Source: Promethearchaeia archaeon (GTDB taxonomy: Archaea; Asgardarchaeota; Lokiarchaeia; Sigyniarchaeales; SOKP01). From it: a DNA stretch of 64,000 bases. Of the stretch, positions 9,593 to 20,049 are shown in pieces. The position numbers were made by a program, and so were the translations under genes. Where the stretch lies: positions 1,605 through 65,604 of the forward strand of contig JAHQWJ010000134.1 of NCBI GenBank assembly GCA_029856125.1, in the 5' to 3' direction. The notes beneath the pieces were generated by a model, which was not told where the DNA came from, searched no databases, and saw nothing but the letters and a program-made list of their open reading frames with translations. Numbering within the stretch: position 1 is the first letter of the stretch; each line of letters starts with the position of its first letter.

Positions 9593-11842
9593 TTATATTT
9601 CCATAAGATTAGGTATTGTTGAATCGTACAAATCTTTTAATTTAACAATATCCAGTGTTATATCTTGATTATCCAAACCTTTTATCAAGATCTTTGGCTG
9701 ATTGATTATGGCTCCTAATTTTGTTATTTTAACGTTAAATTCAGACGCGAGAAGCATAATATCGTTTAAACTTGTCGGTTCAGTTTCTATAATGAATCTG
9801 CCAACGGTTTCACTAAAAAACAGTTCATCATCTCTTAAGTCATTAGCTTTATAGCTACTCAAATCTAAATCCGCTCCTAGCTTGTTTTTGAAGCACATTT
9901 CAGCAATAGTTACAAGAAAGCCCCCTTTATTTACATCGTGATTTGCCTTAATTAATTTCTTATCGTACAATGCGTATATGAAATTCCATCTAGCTCTTAT
10001 CTTATCCTCATCAACTTTAGGGGGAATCCCACCTTCAAGTCCATGGACCACCGAGTGATATTCTGAACCGCCAAGTTCAGCCTCTGTTTCACCAAGAATA
10101 AGAATATCGTTTCCAGCCTTTTTAAAGGGTAATGTGATTACGTTTTCATATCCCTCAATTAAACCAACTATCATAATTTGAGGTGTCGCTTTGATTGCGG
10201 TCTTAGTAACTTCATCCTCGTTATAAAAAGAAACATTTCCTCCCACTATCGGTATTTTTAAAGTTCTACAAAAATCGTTCATTCCTTCAACAGCTTTAGA
10301 AAAATACCAGAACGATTCTGGGATCTCTGGATTGCCAAAGTTACAACAATTGACCATCGCCATGGGCTTTGCTCCAGTAGCAATGACATTTCCGCATATT
10401 TCTACCAGCCCTCCTTTAGCTCCTTCGTAAGGGTCTAGATAACAATGTTTTGAATTAACGCCCACACTCGCAGCTATGAATTTATTTGTTCCTATTATTC
10501 TTAACACTCCCGAATCTCCGTCTCCGCATTTTACAACCGACCTTACACCGACCTCGTGATCATATTGCCGATAGATCCATTCTTTACTACAAATATTTTC
10601 GGAAGCAATTAGTAATTCTATTATTTCTCCTATTTTCTTGTTTGGTTTAGGAGTGGGTTGTGCGAGCAATTGATCTAAATACTCAGGTCGTTTTTCTTGT
10701 CTTTTAAATGTTGGAGATACAGAAAGAGCTTTTGCAGGAATATTTACTACAAGTTCTTCTCCGTCAAAAACTTTTAATACTTTTGAATCGTCCGTTTTCC
10801 CAATCACTGCGTGTGCTACTTCATACTTTCTAAATACATTAAGAACTGTTTCTAACCCTTCTGGTTTAACGATAAAAGCCATTCGTTCTTGAGATTCAGA
10901 TAACATTATTTCGTATGATGTCATACCTGGTTCTGCAGTAAAAACTTTTCTCAGTTCTATGTTTGCTCCAGTATTACCATCTCCAGTTAATTCGCTAGTT
11001 GCGCAAGTAAGACCTCCTCCTCCTAAATCTTTTAAACCTCTAACATATCCCGTTTTCACAGCCTCTAAAGTAGCTTCGATTATCATCTTTTTTGTAAAAG
11101 GATCACCAATTTGTACTGCGGGTCTATCAGCTTCAGACATTTCAGTTAGAGTTCGAGAAGCAAACGTTACTCCATGAATTCCATCTCTCCCAGTAGAACC
11201 TCCCATTAAGATTATGTAATCCCCAGGGTTATATGCTCTACTTGGAGCGTGTTTGAAATCTTCTATTGTGCCTAGACCTATGCATGCGACATTGACTAAG
11301 CAATTATTTTCAAAACTATCGTCAAATTCAACTTCGCCACCAATCGTAGGAATGCCAGTACAATTACCATAATCAGCAATCCCTTTAACAACATACTTAA
11401 ATAACCATTGAGAGTGTGAGTTACCCGCTAAACGGCCAAATCTCAAGGGATCGAGCAGGGCAATTGGTCGAACGCCCATACATAGAACATCGCGGATAAT
11501 TCCCCCTATCCCTGTAGCAGCACCATGATAGGGTTCTATTGCCGATGGATGATTGTGAGATTCAATACGAAATGCTAGTGCGTATCCATCCCCTATATCG
11601 ATTACTCCTGCGTCTTCTCCGGGACCTGCTAATACATAGTCGTAATTTGCCTCAGCATCTTCAAACAGTTTAAGTTTCGGACGAGACGACTTATACGAAC
11701 AATGTTCGCTCCACATCACATCGAAACCACCAAGTTCTGTTATGCTAGGCTCTCTATTTAGAAGTTCTTTAACTTTTTCGAATTCTTCCTCTGGCATTTC
11801 AACGCTTACTTCTTCCCCGTTTAAATTTACTTTCGTCATCAA
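9593..11842 (-). CDS. purL: phosphoribosylformylglycinamidine synthase subunit II
   Basis: 749 aa. Motifs SEHCSYKSS and ESHNHPSAIEPYHGAATGIGG, and a duplicated AIR-synthase-like architecture. 4-nt overlap with purQ. Confidence 0.95.
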   Translation of the reverse strand: MMTKVNLNGEEVSVEMPEEEFEKVKELLNREPSITELGGFDVMWSEHCSYKSSRPKLKLFEDAEANYDYVLAGPGEDAGVIDIGDGYALAFRIESHNHPSAIEPYHGAATGIGGIIRDVLCMGVRPIALLDPLRFGRLAGNSHSQWLFKYVVKGIADYGNCTGIPTIGGEVEFDDSFENNCLVNVACIGLGTIEDFKHAPSRAYNPGDYIILMGGSTGRDGIHGVTFASRTLTEMSEADRPAVQIGDPFTKKMIIEATLEAVKTGYVRGLKDLGGGGLTCATSELTGDGNTGANIELRKVFTAEPGMTSYEIMLSESQERMAFIVKPEGLETVLNVFRKYEVAHAVIGKTDDSKVLKVFDGEELVVNIPAKALSVSPTFKRQEKRPEYLDQLLAQPTPKPNKKIGEIIELLIASENICSKEWIYRQYDHEVGVRSVVKCGDGDSGVLRIIGTNKFIAASVGVNSKHCYLDPYEGAKGGLVEICGNVIATGAKPMAMVNCCNFGNPEIPESFWYFSKAVEGMNDFCRTLKIPIVGGNVSFYNEDEVTKTAIKATPQIMIVGLIEGYENVITLPFKKAGNDILILGETEAELGGSEYHSVVHGLEGGIPPKVDEDKIRARWNFIYALYDKKLIKANHDVNKGGFLVTIAEMCFKNKLGADLDLSSYKANDLRDDELFFSETVGRFIIETEPTSLNDIMLLASEFNVKITKLGAIINQPKILIKGLDNQDITLDIVKLKDLYDSTIPNLMEI

Positions 11843-12549
11843 GTTGACCTCCGTTTTATGAAATCTATCATAGATTCAAAAAAGATTTTACCATGAGTAG
11901 TCTGTTTAGGACTAAGGATCGATTCAGACGCGCGTTCAGGGTGTGGCATTAATCCCACACAGTTTTGTTCAAGATTACAGATTCCTGCTATATTTTCTAA
12001 AGTACCGGTCGGATTTGCTTCGGATTTGACACTTCCGTCCTCAGTTGAATATTTAAATACTATTTGATCGTTTTCTTCTAACTCCTTTAAGTTGTCGGTG
12101 TAATATCTTCCTTCTCCGTGAGCAATGGGAATCGCAAGAACATCATCATTCTTCATTTTGTGAGTAAAGGCAGTTCGATCATTTAATACTTTGATATTAA
12201 CCCATTTACATACAAACTTTAACGATTCGTTTTGAAGTAAAGCTCCAGGAAGAAATTCCGCTTCGATTAAAATTTGGAAACCATTACATATGCCAAGAAT
12301 GGGTCTACCGTCCTTTAACATTATTCTTGCTTCGTCTAACGCGGGGCTATGAGCTGCTATAATTCCCGCTCTTAAATAATCACCAAAACTAAATCCTCCT
12401 GGTAAAATTACACCGTCAAAGTTAGCTTCCTTAAAATCGTTATGCCAAACTAATCTGGTATCGACTCCTACAACATTCTTTAAGACATGGACTGCATCTA
12501 AATCGCAATTTGCTCCAGGAAATTGAATGACAGCAATCTTAATAGTCAT
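11839..12549 (-). CDS. purQ: phosphoribosylformylglycinamidine synthase subunit I (glutaminase)
   Basis: 236 aa. Class-I amidotransferase nucleophile elbow (GICNGFQ) and HPER near the C-terminus. Overlaps both neighbours by 4 nt. Confidence 0.95.
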   Translation of the reverse strand: MTIKIAVIQFPGANCDLDAVHVLKNVVGVDTRLVWHNDFKEANFDGVILPGGFSFGDYLRAGIIAAHSPALDEARIMLKDGRPILGICNGFQILIEAEFLPGALLQNESLKFVCKWVNIKVLNDRTAFTHKMKNDDVLAIPIAHGEGRYYTDNLKELEENDQIVFKYSTEDGSVKSEANPTGTLENIAGICNLEQNCVGLMPHPERASESILSPKQTTHGKIFFESMIDFIKRRST

Positions 12550-12815
12550 AATTTCTTCACATTTATGATGTTTAAGTTCTGTGTGACTGGATTAAAAATT
12601 CTTAAATCGTTACACATGTTTGTAACTATTTCCTTGGCATCTTCTTCACTGTTCGCTTTTAGTATAAGTCTTAAATATTGACCAGAGCGAACTTTAGACA
12701 CATTCTCGTATCCTTTCTTTGCGAGCAAATCTCTTTTTATGGTTTCAGCGACAGGATCACGAGCAGCAGGCTTATTTTCAAGAGAAATTTCTATTATAAA
12801 TTCCATTTGAGCCAT
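12546..12815 (-). CDS. purS: phosphoribosylformylglycinamidine synthase subunit PurS
   Basis: 89 aa. Its size and its position directly upstream of purQ/purL, with a 4-nt overlap, fit PurS. Confidence 0.85.
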   Translation of the reverse strand: MAQMEFIIEISLENKPAARDPVAETIKRDLLAKKGYENVSKVRSGQYLRLILKANSEEDAKEIVTNMCNDLRIFNPVTQNLNIINVKKL

Positions 12816-12948
12816 TTATGAAAAAAAGTTGAATTATAATTTTAATAGTTCTTATTAATTAATAAATAATTTTCTTCTATGAAATGCGACAAAAATGAGA
12901 TTTTTTCAATCTAGTAAAATTTAATGCAATTACTTGAGATGTAAATTA

Positions 12949-13164
12949 CTACGCAGTCATAAAACTTACAAGCACTAAAAGTATTAGGGCAAAAAGGTTG
13001 AACAGAAAGCTGTATTTACCAAGTTTCGGTAATTTTTCGTCGGAAGGGCGATTATTGTTTCTTTTTGAAGAAAGCAAGTCTACTATTAAGGCGATAAAAC
13101 TTGCCATAAATAATCCAAATACGCCAATTAGTAAAATAAACACAAACATTATAAAAAAATACAA
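12949..13164 (-). CDS. small two-helix membrane protein
   Basis: 71 aa. Two hydrophobic helices separated by a basic loop (SSKRNNNRPSDEK). Lies between purC and purS. Confidence 0.4.
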   Translation of the reverse strand: MYFFIMFVFILLIGVFGLFMASFIALIVDLLSSKRNNNRPSDEKLPKLGKYSFLFNLFALILLVLVSFMTA

Positions 13165-13194
13165 TTGAATATTATTTAAATCTTTTCCCTTGAG

Positions 13195-14172
13195 TTACAA
13201 ATAGTTAGCTTTTTTCAGATTCTCTACGATTCTCCTCTTTACATCTGATACTTTTGCTTTAAATTCATTTCCCGTGATTTTTTGATAACTTTTCATATAT
13301 CTCTTGGCAAGTTCTATTTTAATCTCAGGAGCTATAGGTGGTATGTCTTGATTTGGGGCGATATTGGGGAAAATATCTGGATACGTGTCCATTAACCAAC
13401 CTCTGAAAATCTCTTTATCCAGAATTTCGGGTTCTTCACCTTTTTCAAATCTTTCGTTATAACTATCTGCAACCCAAAATCTAGAAGAATCTTGAGTATG
13501 AATTTCGTCAGTTACTAATAACTCTCCATCCTTTATTCCAAATTCGTATTTAGTATCTACTAATATAAGTCCATTTTTGAAACAATAATCTTGGGCGAAT
13601 TTGAATAATTTGTAGGAAGCTTCTTCCATTTGGGCATATATATCTTTATCTACCATCTTATCTTCTAAGATTTTACCTCTAGCGATATAGATATCGTGTC
13701 CACTCTCTGCTTTGGTGGAAGGAGTCAATATGATATCCTCTAATTTTTGATTTTTATGTAATCCGTTTGGTAAAATAATACCCGAAGTAGCCTCCCCTTT
13801 AGTGTAACTTCGCCACGCAGACCCAGTTATATATGCTCTTACAATCATTTCGACTGGAATCATCTCGCACTGGTGAACCACAGCAACATTAGGATCTGGA
13901 ATATCTATTATGTGGTTTTTTACTAAGTTTTTAGTTTTTTCGAACCAGAAAGATGATACTTGATTTAGCATTTGACCTTTAAACGGGATTGTTGTAATCA
14001 CGCGATCAAAAGCTGATAACCGATCAGTCGCAATAATTATTCTTACATCGTTTTTTATATAGTTATCTCGTACTTTTCCCTTATAAAGCCTCCCTAATGA
14101 TTCAAAATTCGTAACATCTAAAGTTTTATCGAACTGATTTTTAATAATATCATCTAATTCTTCTGATGTCAT
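13195..14172 (-). CDS. purC: phosphoribosylaminoimidazole-succinocarboxamide (SAICAR) synthase, long form
   Basis: 325 aa. Motifs LYKGKVRD, ATDRLSAFD, LVDTKYEFG and DEIHTQDSSRFW. Confidence 0.9.
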   Translation of the reverse strand: MTSEELDDIIKNQFDKTLDVTNFESLGRLYKGKVRDNYIKNDVRIIIATDRLSAFDRVITTIPFKGQMLNQVSSFWFEKTKNLVKNHIIDIPDPNVAVVHQCEMIPVEMIVRAYITGSAWRSYTKGEATSGIILPNGLHKNQKLEDIILTPSTKAESGHDIYIARGKILEDKMVDKDIYAQMEEASYKLFKFAQDYCFKNGLILVDTKYEFGIKDGELLVTDEIHTQDSSRFWVADSYNERFEKGEEPEILDKEIFRGWLMDTYPDIFPNIAPNQDIPPIAPEIKIELAKRYMKSYQKITGNEFKAKVSDVKRRIVENLKKANYL

Positions 14173-14264
14173 GGTTATAAAAAAGATGAAATGGCATAAA
14201 AATCCTTTTTATCATTTCTATTGGCTATTTGTTAACCTAAGAATAAATTAAAAATATAGTGACT

Positions 14265-14633
14265 TTAAAGTTTGCGGTATGAGCCGTCATAAAATTCATC
14301 TATCGAATATTTGTCTTCATTTTTTTTCATTTTTGTTATGAAAACACTCGTCAAATCCACATTTAGGCTATTTAAAAGGCTAACAAGGTATATAAAAACA
14401 TCAGCGATCTCATCAGAAATATTCTTTAAGATGTCTTTGTCGTTTTGTATTGTATCAATTGAAATGTCTTTAAACAAAAATATTTCGGATAATTCAGAGA
14501 CTTCAATACCAATAGCCTGAATTAAATCTTTAGGATTATGAAATTTCGTCCATCTACGCTCTTTAACAAAGCGTTCGATTTCTTCTTTGAAATAAGAGAT
14601 TGTAGTATTATTATCTTTGAGTTTGGAATTCAT
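14265..14633 (-). CDS. MazG-like nucleotide pyrophosphohydrolase (dCTP-pyrophosphatase-like)
   Basis: 122 aa all-helical protein. Metal-binding acidic pattern (IEVSELSEIF ... EIADVFIYL). Confidence 0.75.
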   Translation of the reverse strand: MNSKLKDNNTTISYFKEEIERFVKERRWTKFHNPKDLIQAIGIEVSELSEIFLFKDISIDTIQNDKDILKNISDEIADVFIYLVSLLNSLNVDLTSVFITKMKKNEDKYSIDEFYDGSYRKL

Positions 14634-14676
14634 AAATACGCAACAAACACTTATAATAGTAATCCGTTAAGATATA

Positions 14677-15513
14677 TTATCCAAGTGTTTTAATAAAATC
14701 ACATATTAACTCATTAATTATATCTTTACGTTGAGCAGGTGCGAAGTGACCAGCCATATCTAAAATTTCCAACTTAGAATTAGGAATTTTCTTGTGGAGT
14801 TCCTCTGACATTTGTTCTGGAGCAAAGTTATCTAATCTTCCTGCAATAATCAATGTAGGGCATTCAATTCCAGATGGGTCATACACATTAATTTCTTTAA
14901 TCATAGTAAATATTTGGTCCTCGATGAGCATATATAATTCGTCTTTAGTTAATTTCATTCCATTTATAGAATCAGCCAATGATGTTAAAATATACGGGAT
15001 AATTTTATCTAAAATGTCCTCAACTGAATTCCCAACAACCTCTAAGAAATTCATACGGATAAAGTACGGGAGTAGATTGTAAAAAATATTCCTTATTACA
15101 TTATCAGTCATAATGTAACCCGAATTAAGCAAGATGAGAAACTTTATTTTTTTTGGTCGAGTTAAACTAATCATCTGTCCAATCATACCTCCTACAAGAG
15201 AGTGTCCAATAATTCCATACTTCTCATTAACATTTAGGAAAACCAAGAGATCCTCAAGATCTCTAATTATATCGTGTCTAAGATTTTTTGAAAGATTAAG
15301 TATTACGGTATGATCGCTTTTGCCATGCCCTAACGCATCAAAAGCTATGATTCGATACTGATTTCTTAATAATTTAATTTGTCCTTTAAAAAATGAAGCT
15401 GATGAGGCGAAACCGTGAAGTAAGATTATGGTGCCTTCTACTTGTTCCTTACTATCACCGTTAATATCTTCGTAATACAGGTTATAACCTTCTTGGTTTT
15501 TAAAGAAGGGCAT
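14677..15513 (-). CDS. alpha/beta-fold hydrolase
   Basis: 278 aa. Oxyanion HG (LLHGFASS), nucleophile elbow GHSLVGG, C-terminal His (AGHFAP). Confidence 0.8.
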   Translation of the reverse strand: MPFFKNQEGYNLYYEDINGDSKEQVEGTIILLHGFASSASFFKGQIKLLRNQYRIIAFDALGHGKSDHTVILNLSKNLRHDIIRDLEDLLVFLNVNEKYGIIGHSLVGGMIGQMISLTRPKKIKFLILLNSGYIMTDNVIRNIFYNLLPYFIRMNFLEVVGNSVEDILDKIIPYILTSLADSINGMKLTKDELYMLIEDQIFTMIKEINVYDPSGIECPTLIIAGRLDNFAPEQMSEELHKKIPNSKLEILDMAGHFAPAQRKDIINELICDFIKTLG

Positions 15514-15703
15514 GGTAACACTATTTTATTTCTTGGGTTTAATTTTGAAAATTAAAGTACAAACAAATACTTTTCTAAAATGAAAATCATTTAAATTTAG
15601 AAGGTTCTTCTGAAAAATTTAAAGAACTACTACTCAGAAAAATGAAATTTAGTTAATAATTTTCATATATATTAACTTTCCTTAAAAATAGAGAAGAAAA
15701 AAA

Positions 15704-17161
15704 TTAGAGGTTTTTTGTTACACGCTTCTTATCATATACATCAAGTAAGGCAGGCATAAATATCCTATTTAATTTTTTATACACTTTAACATTCTCCTTA
15801 ATTGGTGTTTTTACCTCTTGAAATCTAACCATGTTTTCTAATGCTTTTTCAATACTATTAAATTTCTTGCATCCATAAAAACCTAAAATTCCTGCTCCCA
15901 TAGCCGCGCCATCTTTAATTTCAGGGATATGTACTTTTCTATTTAATATATCAGCAAGCATCTGCCCCCAAAATCCACTATTCATAGCACCACCATCAGC
16001 TCTTACTTCATCGACTTTACCTCCTCCCATTCCTTCTATTAAATTTAAATACATTTGAGCACTTAGAGCGGAGGATTCCATAATTGACCGTATCATGTGA
16101 CCCCTAGTATGATTCCATCCTAAACCATGGATTGTACCTTTTCTGAACATATACAGGGGAATAAAAAGTAGTCCTTCACTTCCAGGGGAGATACCTTCTG
16201 CTTCAGCCGCTAGCATATCGTAGACATTAATATTTTGTTCTTGACATTCTTTTATCTGTAGTTGAGAGAAATTATCTTTAAACCATTTAAGAGCAGTCCC
16301 TGTTCCTGGTATTGCTCCTTCAATATTCCATTTTCCTTTGATCACAGACGGCAATGAAAATATTGGAAAATCACCCGCTGGTTGAACTGGATTATCAACA
16401 ACATAATCGACGAAAGTACCCGTTCCCATAGTTATTTTTACTTGTCCGTTATTAATAGCTCCTAAGCCTAAAGCAGAACATTGTTGATCTCCTCCCCCCA
16501 TTATTATTGGAATATTAGATTTTAGCCCTAAATCCTTAGCTGCTGTACTAGATAAGCTACCCACAATATCACTTGCTGAATATAAATCAGGCCATAAATT
16601 TAAAGGTAAGTCATAAAGCTCAGCTAGATTCTCATCCCATTGCAAAGTCTCTAAACTGAGAATTCCCCATACTCCTTGGGTAGGATCTGTTACAATCGCA
16701 TCACATAATTTCATGTATATGTAAGTATCAGGATACACAATTTTAGCTACTTTAGCGAACAATTCTGGCTTATTTTTTTTAAACCAGAGAATTTTAGGAA
16801 TTGATCTTCTCAACCCTCCTTCTTTGTCCCAATCTTTAGCACTAGTTTCTTCTCTTTCGTCCATCCAAGTTAACGCTGGATGTAGAACCTTTCCCTCTCT
16901 ATCAATAAATGTTGTTGTTTGGCGCATAAATGAAGCAGAAATACCTATAATACTAGTAACATCTAAACCCCTTATTGCTTTATTACAAGTGCTTTTTACG
17001 GCATTCCACCATAAAATAGGATCCTGTTCAGAAATACCTACAGGTTGTTTGAAAACGGGATACTCCTCATAGGCTTTTGCTATCTGTTTTCCATTAATAT
17101 CAAAGAGTATAGTTCTTGCCCCGGTTGTACCAACATCAAACACGCATATTAAATCATTCAT
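15704..17161 (-). CDS. FGGY-family carbohydrate kinase (glycerol/xylulose-kinase-like)
   Basis: 485 aa. N-terminal actin-fold phosphate motif (VFDVGTTGART) and C-terminal FGGY domain (RADGGAMNS). Confidence 0.85.
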   Translation of the reverse strand: MNDLICVFDVGTTGARTILFDINGKQIAKAYEEYPVFKQPVGISEQDPILWWNAVKSTCNKAIRGLDVTSIIGISASFMRQTTTFIDREGKVLHPALTWMDEREETSAKDWDKEGGLRRSIPKILWFKKNKPELFAKVAKIVYPDTYIYMKLCDAIVTDPTQGVWGILSLETLQWDENLAELYDLPLNLWPDLYSASDIVGSLSSTAAKDLGLKSNIPIIMGGGDQQCSALGLGAINNGQVKITMGTGTFVDYVVDNPVQPAGDFPIFSLPSVIKGKWNIEGAIPGTGTALKWFKDNFSQLQIKECQEQNINVYDMLAAEAEGISPGSEGLLFIPLYMFRKGTIHGLGWNHTRGHMIRSIMESSALSAQMYLNLIEGMGGGKVDEVRADGGAMNSGFWGQMLADILNRKVHIPEIKDGAAMGAGILGFYGCKKFNSIEKALENMVRFQEVKTPIKENVKVYKKLNRIFMPALLDVYDKKRVTKNL

Positions 17162-17182
17162 ACAATCACATTGTTAAAAATT

Positions 17183-18442
17183 TTAAAGTACTTTTATTAA
17201 TAATTCAGATACATCTTTTATTTTAATCTTTTCTTTTTCATCTTCTTTAAGTCCATAAGCCAAGCCTAATTCACATAATGGACATGCTGAAACAAAGATT
17301 TCTGCTCCAGTGTCCTTTAATTCACTAACTCGTATCGTTGCTTCTTTAATCGCTAAATCCCTATCGGCCCAATGAGCTGTACCACTCCAACCACAACAAT
17401 GTACGTCTTCTTTACTAAATCTTGGTTCTACCAATTCCAGACCTGGAATGCTACCGAGAATGGCTCTAATTGATGAAGTATCCTCCAAATTTCTCGCAAT
17501 AAGACAGGGATCGTGAATCGTTACTTTTTTCAAATCATCTGATATATTTTTTGTTGGCTTGATTTTTCCTTCCTCTAACAATTTTTTAATATATTCGACA
17601 ATGTGAATTATTTTTTTATCAATTTTTATACCAACACTTTCATATCTTTTAGTAAGCGTTAATACACATCCAGGGCAGTCTGAGACAATAATTTTAGCAC
17701 CTGTTGATTCAATTAAGTTCTTATTTTTTTCAGCAAAATCTTTTGCTGTGGTTAAATCTCTTATATTAAATAATGGACCTCCACAACAAACCTTAGTGTC
17801 AAGATTAGTAGAGAATTTAATTCCTGCTTTATTCAATATATTCATATTAGCTTTTATGACTTCAGGGAATTTCATTGATTCACATCCAAGATAATAAAAC
17901 ACATCATCATTGCCATCAGTTTCGATATTCTCTATTCCATTTTCTTTATAAGTTTCGAAGATGTTGTATCCTTCGATAGTATTAGAGTCTTTCAACTTCT
18001 TGACTTGTTCCTTACAATAGTCTGGCATGTAACCCTTCGCATTAATATCATCTCGTACAGTCTCAAGTAGTGATACGACTGAAAATCCAAATGGGCACCA
18101 TACTTTACAACTCTCCTCATTCGTGCATTTATACATCAAATTTACGAACTCAGAATCACTATAGTCTATTTTTCCAATCGTTAGATAATACCCAATTCTT
18201 GCCTTATACGCTGGACTCATTGTTTCTTTCTGAGACGCTTGAAGTGTTCCACAATCGAACCTACACATGTTTGGACAAAGCATACAATTTACTAAGTTCT
18301 TAACATCAGCATTATAATCCCCTTCAGGAAAAAAGTTCTTATCACGCATTCGAAAACTTTTCATAAACACTTTTTTGGTATCGCGATCCATTTTTTGAAT
18401 GATTGGACCCATCCATTTATATTTCTTTAAAATCTCAGCCAC
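17183..18442 (-). CDS. Fe-S / CCG-domain oxidoreductase subunit (GlpC/GlcF/HdrD-like)
   Basis: 419 aa. Two ferredoxin-type Cys clusters (CMLCPNMCRFDC; CTNEESCKVWCP) plus two CCG motifs (VCCGGP, HCCGWSG). Its start abuts the stop of the upstream FAD oxidase. Confidence 0.8.
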   Translation of the reverse strand: MAEILKKYKWMGPIIQKMDRDTKKVFMKSFRMRDKNFFPEGDYNADVKNLVNCMLCPNMCRFDCGTLQASQKETMSPAYKARIGYYLTIGKIDYSDSEFVNLMYKCTNEESCKVWCPFGFSVVSLLETVRDDINAKGYMPDYCKEQVKKLKDSNTIEGYNIFETYKENGIENIETDGNDDVFYYLGCESMKFPEVIKANMNILNKAGIKFSTNLDTKVCCGGPLFNIRDLTTAKDFAEKNKNLIESTGAKIIVSDCPGCVLTLTKRYESVGIKIDKKIIHIVEYIKKLLEEGKIKPTKNISDDLKKVTIHDPCLIARNLEDTSSIRAILGSIPGLELVEPRFSKEDVHCCGWSGTAHWADRDLAIKEATIRVSELKDTGAEIFVSACPLCELGLAYGLKEDEKEKIKIKDVSELLIKVL

Positions 18443-19924
18443 TTAATTCTCACCTCTTTTTTTCCAAGGATTTTCGTAAATTTTCCCTGGATTTAAAATA
18501 TTATTGGGGTCAAGTAGTTTCTTAATACTCTTTAAAGTATCAAAAGATTTTCCCCATTCTACTGGCATCCACTTAGATCTATTAATTCCAACACCGTGAT
18601 GGTGCCCAAACGATCCACCACAATCCTCTACCGTTTTAACAACCGTATCCCATACTTCTTGGTAAAACTCAAGATCGGTTTTTTCTTTTGGAGGAACTCC
18701 AGCAAAAGTAAAATAAAACCCTACTCCATTAGGATAAAAGTGTGATACATGAGCAGTTATTATTACAATACCTTTCACTTTTTTTGTAGCTTCTATTACA
18801 GAATGATACATATCTGCCACTTTATCCCATAAAAATCCAATTTCAATGGTATCGAAAACCATTTGAAAGGTTGGAGTTGATGATGTATCTGTTACTTTAA
18901 ATCTAGTTTCAAACCAGTGCTCAACTGGTTCTTCGCCACATTCAATGCCATTATTCTTCTCGCATGTTTCTTTTGTAATTTGCTCTTCAAGATCGACGAG
19001 TCTTCCAATACCTTCACAAACAAATACAACCATAACCTTGTCTTTAGCTTTTTCTAGATGACCAAAATGTCTGAATGTTTCATCAGCATCGTAAATTCGC
19101 ATTACTGCAGGATATATTTGTTGCCTTAATATTTGTCTCGTAGCTTCTAACGAATCCTCAAAAGTAGGAAACGCATAAGATGTGAGCGTTCTCTTTTCAG
19201 GGTAGGGCCAAATTTTTAGCGTCGCTTTTGTTACTATTCCCAGCGTACCTTCTCCCCCGATAAAAAGTTTGTCAAATTGAGGTCCTGTGGATGCTCGAGC
19301 AATTGGTTTAAAATTTATAATATCTCCTTGAGGTAAAACGATTTCCATACCCATAACGATATCTTCGATTTTACCGTATTTTGTTGAGAATTGTCCCGCT
19401 GCTCTATGAGCTATCCAACCTCCCAAAGAAGACGTGTAAAGGGATTGCGGTATATGACCGGTAGTGTAACCTTTATCGTTTAAAAATCGTTCTAAATTCA
19501 TGCCATTTATTCCAGTTTGAGCTGTAACAGTTAAGTCTTTGTCGTTTATCTCTAAGACTTTGTTAAATTTCTTCATGTCTAGAATAATTCCACCGCGTAT
19601 CGCAAGAGCACCTCCTACAACGCCAGATCCTTCAGCATACGGTATAACAGGTATTTTTTCTTTGTTTGCATATTTTAAAATCTCAGATATCTGTTCAACA
19701 GTTTCTGGCCAAGTAATAATATCCGGTAAACTAGCTATTTTACCTTGGAGCGTCCAATTAAAAGCGATGAGTGTAGAATCCTTGGTATAAGCAAAAATAT
19801 CAATAGGTTCGGTAGAAACATTCTGTTTACCTATTATTTCTGTTAACTCAGATTCTAACTTCGCTGGATTTTTAATTTCTTTACGATCATTCTTATATAT
19901 CAATTCGAATTCGTTAAACTTCAT
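18443..19924 (-). CDS. FAD-linked oxidase (PCMH fold), AGPS/GlcD/D-lactate-dehydrogenase family
   Basis: 493 aa. FAD-binding region (PVIPYAEGSGVVGG). C-terminal GGSFGHHHGVG...LKSIKKLLDPNNILNPGK. Confidence 0.85.
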   Translation of the reverse strand: MKFNEFELIYKNDRKEIKNPAKLESELTEIIGKQNVSTEPIDIFAYTKDSTLIAFNWTLQGKIASLPDIITWPETVEQISEILKYANKEKIPVIPYAEGSGVVGGALAIRGGIILDMKKFNKVLEINDKDLTVTAQTGINGMNLERFLNDKGYTTGHIPQSLYTSSLGGWIAHRAAGQFSTKYGKIEDIVMGMEIVLPQGDIINFKPIARASTGPQFDKLFIGGEGTLGIVTKATLKIWPYPEKRTLTSYAFPTFEDSLEATRQILRQQIYPAVMRIYDADETFRHFGHLEKAKDKVMVVFVCEGIGRLVDLEEQITKETCEKNNGIECGEEPVEHWFETRFKVTDTSSTPTFQMVFDTIEIGFLWDKVADMYHSVIEATKKVKGIVIITAHVSHFYPNGVGFYFTFAGVPPKEKTDLEFYQEVWDTVVKTVEDCGGSFGHHHGVGINRSKWMPVEWGKSFDTLKSIKKLLDPNNILNPGKIYENPWKKRGEN

Positions 19925-20049
19925 GTAATCATAAACCCATTTTAGTTTTATTATCTAATCTAATTAAATGATAAAAGACAATTTAAAATTTCTACTTTCT
20001 AAAAACAGTAATTTTTAATTTTAATTCTAATGAACAGAGATACTATTGT

